Assembly: GCF_041146345.1 (NCBI RefSeq)
Contig: NW_027191409.1
Location: forward strand, 1,302,001-1,366,000
Source: Neodothiora populina
Taxonomy: Eukaryota
DNA: 64,000 bases
Direction of reading: 5' to 3'
The notes under the pieces were generated by a model. It saw nothing but the letters and a program-made list of their open reading frames with translations. It had not been told where the DNA came from and ran no database searches. Positions 50,675-62,970 of the stretch are shown here, piece after piece. A program made the translations under genes and the position numbers. Numbering within the stretch: the stretch's first letter is position 1; each line of letters begins with the position of its first letter.

Positions 50675-51510
50675 GCCTTGAATCACTGAGGGACTTGGAC
50701 GCGGTGCCGTCGTGATGCGGACGTCGAGGGCGTTGCTTGAGATGGTCTCTGACCGGTGCATGCGTGTGGAAGGATGTGGTTAAAGTTTCTTTTGTTCAGG
50801 AGACATGCTTGAAGACGAAGTTGCTGCGTGTCGTGATTTGTCCCGAGTCCGAGATGGAGAAGTGTCTGTCGTTCATGATCTTTGTCGATCTTTGTTTTCT
50901 GTTTGCTTTGCACAGTACATTTCATATCCGTCATTTGAGGTCGTTTTTGTCATGGGTGTAACATATTTTTGACTGTAGACTGGGAAAAAGAAGAAGTGTC
51001 GTCTATAGAAAGATTGTCTTAATCCTGTGCTTTCCAATTCGCTTGAAATAATTTTTTATATGAACTCCTCGGCCTCACTCTTTCTCTTCTACAGGGTCGA
51101 GCAGCATTTCATAAAAACTCAAAAAAGGTAAAATCGTCTAGAGCGCTTTCTCCTTAAACAGTACAAGATCTCATGTTTGTGTGCAGTGCAATGCAGTGCA
51201 GGTCTCGTCTCCCTCTCATGATTCTACTTCGGCTTTGACCTCTTTCTTCGCTCGTGAGCTATTGTTTAGGTATGGCAAAGATAAAGGAAAGGAATGGGAC
51301 TACAATCTTGCGCCTAGAAACGCCTTTCCGGAAAGGAAATCCCCTTGCTGGTCTTTTTAAGAATTTAGACTCGAGCGAATATATCTTGCCCGAATTCAAG
51401 AGAGTTCCAAAAACACCATTCAAAAGTTGCCCCCGACTCCATCAAACACACACTGACGTACACACATACAACATACATCCCAAAACCCCATCGTCTCATC
51501 TAGTCTACTC

Positions 51511-52704
51511 TCATGCCTTCTCCTTCGAGCTGTCCTTCTCGGCGTTCGAGTTCGAAGAAGTGGGCAGAACGGGGGCGTTGGCGTCCTTGCTCTGTCTGGT
51601 CTTGGCGAGCGCATAAACGAGACCACTGACGAAGCCGACGAAGATGGCAGAGACACTGGGGAAAGTGACGGGGGCGTCGAAGAAGACAAGACCTGAAATG
51701 GCGAGGGGGAGCTTGTTGAGTGCGCCGACCATGGAGTAAGTCGTTGATGAAGTGACGCGCACGCACCATGCGGAGGTGTACGAGATGAAGACGGCGCACA
51801 GACCCGTCAAGACCATGGCTCCGAGAAGATAGTTCCTGCTGTCAGGGGGGAAGTTACGGGTGACGTTTGCGGATGACCAGTCTTCGGTGAGGATGGACGA
51901 GCACAGAAGGATGGGGATTGCGAGAAGCTCGTTGTAGAAGGTGGTGTCGTAGCCCTTGAATCCGGTGATCTTTATGCGCTTGCGCATTGCGAGGACGAAG
52001 GCTGCGTTGCAGAAGCAGTTTGCGAACATCCACAGGTAACCGGCATTCAAAGTGGCAATGTGAGCTCCGGCGTTGGCGTGCGTTTCCAAGGCATGTTGAA
52101 TATCGCCATATGCGGCAATGACGGAACTTAGAACCATAAGACCAAAGGAGAAAAGCGCCATGCTCGTCACTGCGTTGCCGAAGACGAGCTTCTCGCCATA
52201 CGCAATGCAGATAATGGCCAAGTTCTTGAAGATAGTGTAAACCGGAATAGAAAGGAATCGCAGGGCCTTGGTCGAAGTGTAGATCATACCGACCAAAAGC
52301 ACAGTTACAGGAAGCCCTTTTGATGAGGTTTGAGTATTTTGATATCATACAACGTGGCAACGCCGGAAATTATAAACTTACACTTTTTCGCTTCGTCCGT
52401 CTTGAAATCTCTGAAATTGATGATACCCATCGCTTTCAGCGTCGAAATAGTAATGATACAAACAGAGCTCTGCGAGGATGGTCAGTTTCTGGTCATGTCG
52501 GTATCGCCGGCGCAACGAAGCCCCTGACTTGCGTTGCATTGTTTACACTTTATGGATACATACCTGCACGCAGAGGAAGAAAAAGTTCATGTTGAAGCTA
52601 TGTCCGCTCAAGACATATTTGTTCATAACAGTCATTAAAATAGAGCTACCGCAGTAAGACAGGATGGCAATGCCTGCCTCGTTGGGGACAGCTTTGGCGA
52701 CCAT
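51511..52704 (-). CDS. VRG4: Golgi GDP-mannose transporter; exons 52704-52564, 52469-52382, 52316-51511
   Basis: [49 protein letters not shown] and the signature [16 protein letters not shown]. An extra upstream exon cannot be excluded. Confidence 0.93.
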
Positions 52705-54231
52705 GATGAAGCTTTGGCAGAAGGAGAAACCGTATATCGAATAGGAAGCTGTCAACTGTCGGACCAAGAAAGGCCAGGTTATACAGCAGACCCGGAAACA
52801 AGAACAGGCGTAATGGACTGGGGAACGGAGGATCTATCGTCTGCTACACAAGAAACAGATCGGCGCCAAACGAAGAATGTCTAAGGGAGAAAGAGCGTGT
52901 TGTAAAGGAAGACAAACAGCTTCGAATCCGTGGGCTCGGCGAAAGCGCTGGGCGTTCTGTGTTTTTGAGTCCGGCTCTGCAATACGGGGAGGCGACGCTA
53001 GTGCCACTATAATCGGCCAGGAGAAGTTTGGCCGTTACCCTGTAAGTTTACCTGACTTTCGCTCCTGAAGCTTTGTCGAGATTTGCTTGTTTCTGTACGG
53101 AGCGGTTGTTTGAATATCTAAGTATTGTAAGGCATGTAGAGCAGAGATCAATAGAAGTAGATCATAGACCATGCACATCTCCGTGTATCCTCAATGCAAC
53201 AAAGTCACACCTCTTGGCATTAAATGCTTAAGGTTGTTGGATCTCCATGCCAAGACCAAACGCGTGTTCGGTAGAGCCGCAATCTTATTGCTCATTACTA
53301 TTATCGTCTCAAAAATGTTGACAGGTGTTGGGTCAGCAAGCGGCGAGTATACGGTATGTACTGTACAGTTACATAGAGCCTTTTTCAACAATGCTGTGTT
53401 TGCCACACGATCCTTGTAAATATAGAGTGCAGGCTCTCGAGTAGAGACTTTCCGGCTCGAGTTTAAGCATGATGAGACGTCACATGCCAAACGTACTTGT
53501 ATTGTAGGCGTCGCTCCTATTAATATTTCACTATCCCGCAAAGATATAGTACTGTATCTCTCTGTAAACCAGGATGAGTATGTACTCTATAAGGCGCTAG
53601 GCGTGCATGCAACTCTTTCCATAGCTGATCTACACACCTTCTGACCTTGAACGGTAATGGAGCATGGATACTACTACTACAAGTACTATTTCTGCATGCA
53701 ATTGCCAGTCCGGTCGCGGTCACACGAGGCAAACATTCAACCTCAAAGCCTAATGTCGGGGATGACAAATGCGCAAAATCCGACATTGATCTTGTCACTT
53801 CACTTTATGTCGTCAGCTGCATGAGATGAATGAGATGAACCTTTCCCTCTCTACCTTATCTACGAGTAACACCTCTTGAGGCCATATACCTAATCGTAGT
53901 CCGGTCCTCCTAAAAGGGACACCGCTGTATACTCACGACATCGCATCACATATAGATCTCTCCGCGTATGAGTCACTGCTAGCACATGCTATTACACTCA
54001 TGATCGGTAGGCAACAAAGTTCCGCATTAGGCAGGTAGTATAACACTTGTGGAGTGGAGCGATGTTACGAGCTCCAATCCTGCGACAACGAGATGTGAAA
54101 ATCATGAGGTTATAACGCAATCGACGTTGTCGCTCGATTTCACCACCTTGACCACGACAGTAATAGTCCAGTCTTCAATCTACCGTTCTCCGCATAAACC
54201 GACAAGCACCACCACCTCCTGCACCGCAACC

Positions 54232-55047
54232 ATGCCCCTCGAACTCCGCCCTCTCCGACCCGCCGACCTCCCGGCCTACAACAGAATAAAATTACACGCA
54301 TTCTCCATCCCGAACGAAGGCCTCATGCCCATGTTCCACCCAAACGGCTACACTCCAGCAGACGCAACCCACGACATGCGATCCACACTCAGCAAGATCT
54401 CTGATCCCACCACCGCTGACGACTCGAGAAAGCCCTACCCGAGATTCATGATTGTGGTCGATACCGATCTGGCGCCGCTGGAGGGTGACGTCTCGATCCC
54501 GCTCCTGAAGGAGAAATACCCCAATATACCACCTGAAGTCATCCAGGACATTGAAGTTTCGGAGGGGGAGCAGAGCAAGAAGACGGCAAGCGGTGGCAGA
54601 CCGATAGGCATCAGCGCATGGGAATTCTACCCCAAACCACGCACGCCAGAAGACCTGGCAGCCGAAGACGCGCAAAACGCCGCCGAACCCCTGGCTCCGA
54701 CGACGGACTCGAAGTTCATGGCTGCCTTCTTCGGCACCATTTCACGGGTGAGAAGGGATAATCTGGGCGGAAACCCGCATGCGCATCTGCAGGTTCTGGC
54801 TGTGGATCCGGATCATCACAGGAGAGGTGTGGGCGCAATGTGTCTGGACTGGGGTTTCGTCGAGGCTGATAGATTGGGCATACCCGTTTATCTTGAGTCG
54901 AGTCGGCTGGGGAGGCCGCTCTATCTACACAAGGGCTTTCAGGAGTTGCACAAGCTCGATTTTGATGCTCGCGCTGCGAGCGGCGGCAAGGGTTTCGATG
55001 CGCCTCATTCCATCATGTTCAGACCTGTAACAACAAAGCAGGCTTAG
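54232..55047 (+). CDS. GNAT-family N-acetyltransferase
   Basis: ATG at 54232 (MPLELRPLRPADLP). Acetyl-CoA motif A LAVDPDHHRRGVG, then YLESSRLGRPLYLHKGF. Confidence 0.88.
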   Translation: MPLELRPLRPADLPAYNRIKLHAFSIPNEGLMPMFHPNGYTPADATHDMRSTLSKISDPTTADDSRKPYPRFMIVVDTDLAPLEGDVSIPLLKEKYPNIPPEVIQDIEVSEGEQSKKTASGGRPIGISAWEFYPKPRTPEDLAAEDAQNAAEPLAPTTDSKFMAAFFGTISRVRRDNLGGNPHAHLQVLAVDPDHHRRGVGAMCLDWGFVEADRLGIPVYLESSRLGRPLYLHKGFQELHKLDFDARAASGGKGFDAPHSIMFRPVTTKQA

Positions 55048-55330
55048 GAGCCAGCAGTCTCGACAAGCTCGCTCTTCGCCTGTACGATACATAACCTCCA
55101 TAGAAACAAAAAACCGAAATATTATCAGCACACGTTCATCGGACTCTGCATAGAAATGTTGCCATAGGTCTTTAGATTATATATACGGTAGGTTTTAGGT
55201 CGCGCCTCAACAACAATAACACGCTCAAGCTTTTCATATGCGCAACTAGACAATCGCAGTTGACGCCACGCTCTCGGTATTCGTAATGACATCAGAGTCA
55301 TACACTCTCTCCGCTCTCGCTGTGCTTCTC

Positions 55331-58300
55331 TCAGGTCGCGTACTCGGCTGCATCCTGGTACAAGTCGATGAGGCAACTAGCACTCCATGCTTGGGTAGGA
55401 CACTATTTTTACTGTTAGTAATATGAAAAAGAAATCGATCCATCGAATCAACTTACCGAATCACCACAGAACGAACCGTTCTGGTTCGTCAGCTCCGTCA
55501 GACCGGCCCACGGGCTTTCACGGATCATGTGCCTGCATCCCTCAAGTCTTTGTGTGACTTGCTGGAACGCCTCGATTCTCTCTTCTGGGGTCTTGCGACG
55601 CATGAGATCGAACTTGAGGAGCGCACGAAGGTAGAACCCGCGTGGCCAGACCCACTCAGGTCCAGAGTGGTAGTTGCGACCCTTGGAAGTATGGAAGTTG
55701 GTCGAGTCTTCGCTGTTGATATAGTTGGGGTAGTATTCCATATCCGACGGGTCAAGCGTAGCCATGCCTTGGGGTCCCATCAGGTTCTCGTCTACCTGCA
55801 GAAGAGCCTCGTGCGCATGATCGGGGTCGAAGAGATCAGGTGCGACAGCCATCGCAATCGGGAAGTTAGGCCGAAGTTGGTAGTCGCGGTACTCCTTGCT
55901 GCACTTGTATACATCCTTGTAGATGCCGCGACGGTTGATGATCTTGCTGTTAACCTTGTACTTGCTGTCCTCGGCGGCATTAGAGGGAACGTAGTAGCAG
56001 TGTTCGAAGTTGTCCTTGAGCTTCTGGGCCCATTCCTTGAAGGTAATGACCTTGTCACCCTTGGTGCTCACACCGTGGTACTTGTACTCTCCTTTCTGAC
56101 CCATCTGATTCACCCATTTGAGACAGCTGTAGAGCAGGCCAGTCATCTCCACGGGTGCACCATCGCGGGAGGTTCCCGGGACACCCTTGCTACCAGCCTT
56201 CTCGCTCTCGCCCATTTTGTCCATCCAAGTGCCGCAGTTCCACTCATTGCCACCGAAGATGATGCCGGTCTCCCAGTCAGTCTCGATATCAATGTTGAAA
56301 CCAGCATCTCTCATTTGAGAGTCAATGGACGGCCCTGCGTTGGCCTCACGGAAGTGCATGCCAGATGCGTGGCGCTGCAGACATTCTTGAATGACGTCTT
56401 CGACAGTGGAGGTCTGCGAGTAAGCACGAGGATCATCCCAAGGGAACCAAGTGTCGTCGTAAGGTAGGAAACGTCTTGGAATGCGCTCCTTAAGGATAGA
56501 AACACCGTTGGGAGCCATGTTGTAGTAGTCCTGAATGTTCTGCAAGAAGAACCAGACCGAGTCGCGCGAGTTGTAACGAGGAATCTTGCCAGAGCCAAGC
56601 AGATTAGGAATCATACCATGCTTCACGACGCTGCTGAAAGCCTTGATGTGCTCCTTAGCGTCGGCATAACGACCAGTGCACAGAAGAAGTCCGCGAAGCG
56701 AGATAAAGACATCGCGGCCCCAGCATCTTGCCCAATCTTGAGCGAAATGTGGAAGACCTGCAGCCAAAGACGGAACGAGCTTGTTAGGCCAAAGCGACGC
56801 GTTTTGCATGTAGCCCTCGAGCTGCACACTGACCATTGCGAGGTCCTTGAGGAACTTCTGACCGTGTTGGACATTGTCGCTCATCTGCTCGACGGCACGT
56901 TCGTAACCAGCCGTGTAAGCAGTTTGGATGACAAGAGCGAAGTATCGAGGGATGAGGAAGTTTGGCAGCTTCCGGGTGGCTGCAAAACGCTCCTTGAGCC
57001 AAGTCGCAGGACCTGCCAGACGAGAGTAGCCATTTCGTTCCTGCATCTTCTCCAACCTCTGGGTGATGTAGTCGAATGCCCAAGTTCCCGATCGGAGGTG
57101 ATCGCAGATCGGATGTCCAAGGTCGTTGTTCTTGATGACATCTCTCAAGACACTCCACCAACCCTGTAGTCCGCAGTAGACCAGTGGGCCAAAGTTTGGA
57201 ATGCTATAGACACCGTCGGCACCGCTGGTGGACGCCTTCTCCTCCGAGTCGGCTCTGTACATGATGATGTTGAGATCAATGAGATCGCACTCCCTGAAGG
57301 CATCTCTCGCGCCGGAGGTTATGTACTTCTCAAGTCCATCAGTGTGATCAGCGCCAGGAATCCAAGTCTCGAAAACCGCAACACTGCCGGGAGGGAACTT
57401 TTCGGGAACGGAGATGACAGTATCATCGCCTTGAACATCGACCTTGACACCACGTAGATCCTTGGTCTGGGACGGGATACCCCTGAGGACCTTGTCCTTG
57501 ATCGCAGCTTGCTTTGCCTCATTGCTCTGATCGGCCTCGAGGTTCCATGCTCCGAGCAAAGTAGCTCTTGAACCAGTAAGCCTTTGTGGCTGGAAACCGC
57601 CATTGCCATTGCCATAGCCGGGATAAGCGGTGTGAGCAATTAGATAGTAGCCCTTGCGGGACTTCGGGTGCATGCGGTGCACCGTGATGTATTCGCCATC
57701 GTGATGAATATGGGTCTCGTCGTAATGGTCCTTGCCCATGATGGTGTGGAGCTGGTTGAGCAGACGCTTGACACCGCCGATACCCGGGCCTTCGCCGACC
57801 TTGATTGGCCTGCCATTGGAGTATGGAGAGTCATATGGTCTTGTCTCGTGAACCAACTCGATGAGCTGTGGGTAGACCTCGTCATAACCGAAAACGCTGC
57901 CGATGGAACTAGCACACATGGCAACGAGAGCGGCATTGGTCAGGGTATCTCTGGCATCTCGTCGTTGAGTAGGAGTTTCGTTGTCGTGAGTGCAGTCCAT
58001 AAGCAGAGCATGAACCTCGGCGGGTCTAATGTTGTGGACCACTTCGACACTCCCCTCGCTATTGCTGTCATCGCTAGCCAGCGAAGCAGCCTTGTCGGCA
58101 TTCTGTACCACATTGAGTTCGAAGCTGCCGATAGGGCGGCCACAGTTCTTGTGCACGAGGCGACTCATTTCGTCTGTGCTCCAAACCTGCATAGCCTCTC
58201 GGATGAGACAAGACAGGCCAAGGCGCTCCACGAAGACATAGTCCATCTTTTCGCTGCCAGAGAAAAGCTCGGCCATAACGACCAGATTCGGGCGAACGCT

Positions 58301-60067
58301 GCGAGCCTGATCGAGCATGTACTCAGCCAGGTGAAGGGGAGTCGAGTGACAGTTGTCAATACGGAAGCCATGGAAATGCTTGGCCATGAGCTTCGTGTAA
58401 CCCGCCATGTAATCCCAAAGGAAAGGACTATCGGCGGGACCGCTTCCATATCTGAGTTTCACGCAATCGCCCCATGGGATGAGCTCTCGTCGGATGTACA
58501 CCTTGGAGTTAGGACCGGCATTATCCTTCATGACATCGGCAGCCCACACCCAGCCGTTGTTTGCCAGTGCAAGAGAGCCGGTATCGTGCTTCTCAGTGGT
58601 CTCGTTGACGGGTAATCTGGTGAAATACGACTCGATAAGGGGATTTTCGATTGTGATCGGGCCAACTCTAGGGCCATGTTCGTCGATGCGCATGTACTTT
58701 GTGCGGTTGAAGACTTGCTCCATGATCTCAGCAACGTCTGCATCATACTCGCGGTAGTGATCCAGGTTGACCTCATTCAGGAATCGGGTGATGGTACCGC
58801 GGGCAGTTCGCATGTCTCCCTCGCCGTTGACCTGAGCATTGAACTTGCCAAGGAGAACCTGGAGCAAAGCCGCAGCTTTCTCAGGGACGACCCTGCGACC
58901 AAATCGATCACCCATATGATCCACACCGGTCATGGCATTAGCCTTGACCCAATTCGCTTTCTGCTTGAGAGACCAATCTTGAGCAGTGGCGAGATTGACG
59001 TCTGCAGGGAATTCAATCTGGTTATTGGCCCAGGCTGTGACAGCGGCATTACCGTCCCTCTCGACGTTGACCACGTAGAACTCCCACAGACGAATGGCTC
59101 CGATGACATGAGTCTTAACACCATCCATGATTCGTAGCAAATCATCAACGCTGTTGAGAGTGGTGGGAAGGCCTCGGCTCTTTAGCTCACTACTGTACTT
59201 CAGGAGAGCGCTGTCAAGCTCGTATGCGCCTTGTAGCCACGGTGCAGTCTTCAGATTGTATCCTGCTTCGGGATGTTCCTCGAGCCACTTGCTGTTGTTC
59301 GCAGTGTGATTCCACACAACATCAGTAAGAGAAAGGAGACCGAAATCCCGCTCCATCTTGGTGGTCAATTCATCAATGTCCGCTTCTCCCTTGGGAAAGA
59401 TGCTCTTGTCAAACGTGTGTTGGTCGTAGATACTGTATGGTGAGTTGGAATCACCACGAATCATAAGCGGGGTGAAGTGCACCATGTTGTAGCCTCTTTC
59501 ACTGATGCCCTGAAGATTCCTGTTCCAATCTGTGGGATATTTGCCCATGAATTTTGAGAGCAATGAGATGATGGACAGTGACTTCAAAGGCAACGTCGAG
59601 TTCTGGACGGTAAGATGAGGAGAGACATCAATGTACCACGTCTCTGTCCGCGTGGTCTTGGGCTTTTCACTGGAACCAGCGAGCTTGGGTAGAGGAGTAT
59701 AGGTGATGTAATAGGCAAAGGCTCCTGCGTGCGGTACAGGAATATCAATCTCGATGTTGCGATTGAAGTCTGGTTTCAGCCTACCGCAATGTCAGCTACA
59801 TTGCGTGCTATCTTTGATAGATAAGTCCAGCACTTACTTGTACTCGTGATATCTCTTTCGGTCGAAGCTCTCGCCGTTCGAAGGAACGTTCACCCAAAGA
59901 CTACCTTCACGGCAGATGGAGCTTGTTCCCTCAATCACAAATCGAATCTTGTATGCTGGCGAAGTAGGGGGAGGAAGGTAGAGGTACTGGCCAGGCACAT
60001 CTGGAGAGCCATTATCTTTCAGAGGCAACAGGTACACGGCCTGAGTCTGCTGAAGCTTGGGGGCCAT
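55331..60067 (-). CDS. GDB1: Glycogen debranching enzyme (4-alpha-glucanotransferase/amylo-1,6-glucosidase); exons 60067-59838, 59780-55457, 55402-55331
   Basis: GYNMVHFTPL...SNSPYSIYD, DVVWNHTA, GFRIDNCHSTP, MDCTHDNE, RCWGRDVFIS, CGTWMDKMGES, NYHSGPEW. The last exon after intron 55456-55403 encodes CPTQAWS. Confidence 0.97.
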
Positions 60068-60546
60068 GGTCGCGATTAGAGAGGTAAGAGTGATGACGAA
60101 GCTATAGCGAGCTCAATTCGACTAGAGTCAATGCAAACGGAAGATATGCCAAAATAAATGTGGTTGGGCTGAAGGGGACGGGAGTCAAAAATGTTGGAGC
60201 GATAGGAATAAGCAGTCCACAGATAATGCTGAGGTGAAGCCGCTTTGGCGAATCACAGATGGAGGTAAGGTAGTGTAGATGAATGTGATGAACAGAGGAG
60301 GTGAGAGATGCAAGTGCGCAGCTCAAGGCGAAAGCGTGACAACGACTGCGACTGCCTCAGAAGAACCGGAGTGACAGAAAATAATAGAGAAAGAGAAGGA
60401 ACATCTCGAGTTCTTACCAAGAGTTTGATTTGAACAGGCCTCAAACTGTTGCTGGCGCCGCTACCGTGCTTGCCTTGGGTTTGTCCAACACGCGGAGGCC
60501 CGCAATGTACCTGCCGATCCACACACCGGCATCCCCAGAGCCTCGT

Positions 60547-60558
60547 ACGTCATGACGT
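60547..60558. promoter_or_regulatory. Palindromic double CRE-like element ACGTCATGACGT upstream of GDB1
   Basis: Perfect 12-bp palindrome with TGACGT on both strands, about 480 bp upstream of the GDB1 ATG. Confidence 0.4.
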
Positions 60559-61081
60559 GATTAGGTTATTGCAACCGAGCTGCATTGCAAGTCGACTCAC
60601 GCAACTGTAAACGTCCGCGAATATCCTACAGTGCCTCGCTTATTGTATCACCATCTCATTTATGCTAATTTATCTGAAGACCTGCAGTTTTATCTTAGAT
60701 CTTTCTGCAAGCTAGAACCAGAATTTATCATTGCAAGAACTTGTCGGCTACGCGAGGTCGATTTGGCCTTTCGATCAGATGAGCGACCTCTTCATCCTCC
60801 GCTCAACGCTGTCTTAGCGTCCAGATGACGGAAGAAAACCTGGTCCGTGAACACCAGAGAGCCCTCAGTGGAGAGTTGCCATGTGGAGAATGTGGGATGA
60901 GCATATGCTGTCAAACCTCAACAACACCTTAGCGCCGCAGATAATTTATCGCAAATCGAGATGCACTTTTGCGGTCAGCCGTTACAGCAACGACTCTTTT
61001 GGGACTATGGTACATATACACTCTATGAGATTATCTTGCCTTAAATAATGATCAGAAGTGTATGAATGCATCTACAGTAGC

Positions 61082-62970
61082 TCAGAACCTCGAAATATCT
61101 CGGCCAAATATCCAATTGATGAACCTATCAAAAACTGTTAGCAGGAGACCACAGAGACGCTCGGGCTCATAGAACGATACTGACCAGTACATCGGAATGA
61201 GTATGCGATTCCTCCAGCTGACACTCTTCGCCAAATATGCGCCTCTCCAGATGAACCACGCAAATCTGCCACTGATATCAGAGCCACTGCTCTGCATAAT
61301 AGCATTCCAGTTGCCGATGTAGGCCATGACACCCAGGTCTTTGTAGGTGAAGCGAGTGCTGTTGACATCACCCTTGTTGATGTGTTTGGCGAGCCATTTT
61401 GCTTTCTGATTAGCAACCTGAGCTGTCGCGGGCAGCATGTTGTCCTGGATCATGGCGCAATCTCCGAGCGCGTAGATATCGTTGAACACTGCCTGTCCGG
61501 TCGTGTTTTCCTGCGCTTGTGGAACGAGGTTTAGTCGCAGGTGGTCGTCTGTGATGAGGGCACCGCTCTTGGCGTTGCGCTGGACCACCCAGTCCTCCCC
61601 TTTCACTCCATTGCTAATGACTTCTGTGTTCTGGGAAGGCAGATGGAACGGATCTTTAAATGCTTCCGCTATGAACGGATTCATCATAAGTCCTGTTGAC
61701 CAAACAACCATGCCTACACCCACTTCACCCTCTTGCTCCGTTTCGAGAGTGAAACAGCTCATGTCGTCCTGTACTTCGCCCGTTTCAAGTACTTTGGCCG
61801 GTAAGCCCCGACGCAGCTGTTTGACATTATGGGATGTCCTGATTCTGATTCCCTCGCGCTTGAAGTGCTCCATTGCGTACTTGGCGAGCTTGTCGTCGAA
61901 CATGCTTAGTACTTGGGGAGCGACATCGTAGACTGTAATACGATAGTACTTCATGAGGTTCGGATATAGTTTCGCCATGTCTTCGCGGATGATGTCGTGA
62001 AGTTCAGCAGACCATTCTATGCCTGTTGGACCACCGCCGACAACCGCAAAGTTCAACAGCTGCTTCTTCATGGTGTCGGACGTGGTGGGCAGCGCTGCTT
62101 TTTCGAAGCCTAAGATGATCATCAGCTGCAGACTTCGTGAAACCGCGGCTTGGAAATTGCTTACATGATAGCAAACGGTTCCTGATCTTCCTAGCATCGC
62201 CCACATCCTTTAAGAAGTATGCATGTTCTCTAACTCCAGGGGTATTGAAAGTTTGACTGTAGCAGCCCACCGCAATTACTAGCTTGTCGTACTGCATATC
62301 AAAGATCTTTCCCTTCTTTTTCTCAACCGTTAGGTTTTCTCCTAAAGTATCGGTTTGAGCATGACGAGGACCCGCTAATGACATCCCTTGGTGAGGATTC
62401 TGGACAGCCTCCTCGACCGTGAGAGTCTTCCTCGAGAAATCGACTCGATCGGCCCATCCTTGGAAGAAATCGACGTTGGTGCGCCGGGAGCGTACAGGTT
62501 CAAGCGCGGTGCGAAACTCGAGCGTGCCAACCGACGTTGAAGCAAGCAGAGGTGTAAACACAAAATACGACCGTGGTGAAACGACGACGACTTGATATTT
62601 CGACTTGTCTAAATCTCGAGCAAGTGTGTATCCAGCCCAGCCTGTTGTGATTGATTGCTGTTGTCAGATCATCGGTGTACTACTTCATGTGATGCGTGAA
62701 GCACCTGATGTGATGTTTTAAGTGGATCCTCACCTGAGCCCAGGACAACAATGCGCTCACGATCTGGAATCCTTATATCAGTCTTCCCTTCCCCTCCAGC
62801 GAGTGAACAGACAGCTTCAGCTTACTGTTCGTGCTATTATCTAGGTCCGTGGTCGACCCGCGTTCATGCAGTGTGTTCGATATGCTCCTGCATTGTGGAC
62901 CGCAAACAACCCTCTCTGCTCTCAGAGCTTGAACAGCATTAGCCGCAACGCTACGCCTCGATGACAGCAT
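61082..62970 (-). CDS. Type II (alternative, rotenone-insensitive) NADH dehydrogenase; exons 62970-62826, 62763-62734, 62641-62165, 62109-61185, 61124-61082
   Basis: Spliced FAD motif IVVLGSGWAG, then SPRSYFVFTPLLASTSVGTLEFR, YDKLVIAVG, NAD motif VVGGGPTGIE, YALGDC, PATAQVANQ, and C-terminal GRDISRF. Presequence-like N-terminus. Confidence 0.93.

Noticed and set aside
54049..54231. N-terminal extension of the GNAT ORF from GTG at 54049
   Set aside because: Non-ATG start; the ATG at 54232 has good context and begins the typical GNAT beta-1 strand.
43583..55047. ABC transporter, kinase and GNAT as a secondary-metabolite or resistance cluster
   Set aside because: No backbone enzyme (PKS, NRPS, terpene synthase) or cluster regulator, and the genes are interleaved with housekeeping VRG4 and GDB1.
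62642..62733. Internal CAG|GT in the 92-nt NADH dehydrogenase intron as a recursive splice site or stwintron
   Set aside because: The first segment would be only about 29 nt, with no good branch point and a poor second donor (GTGCTT).
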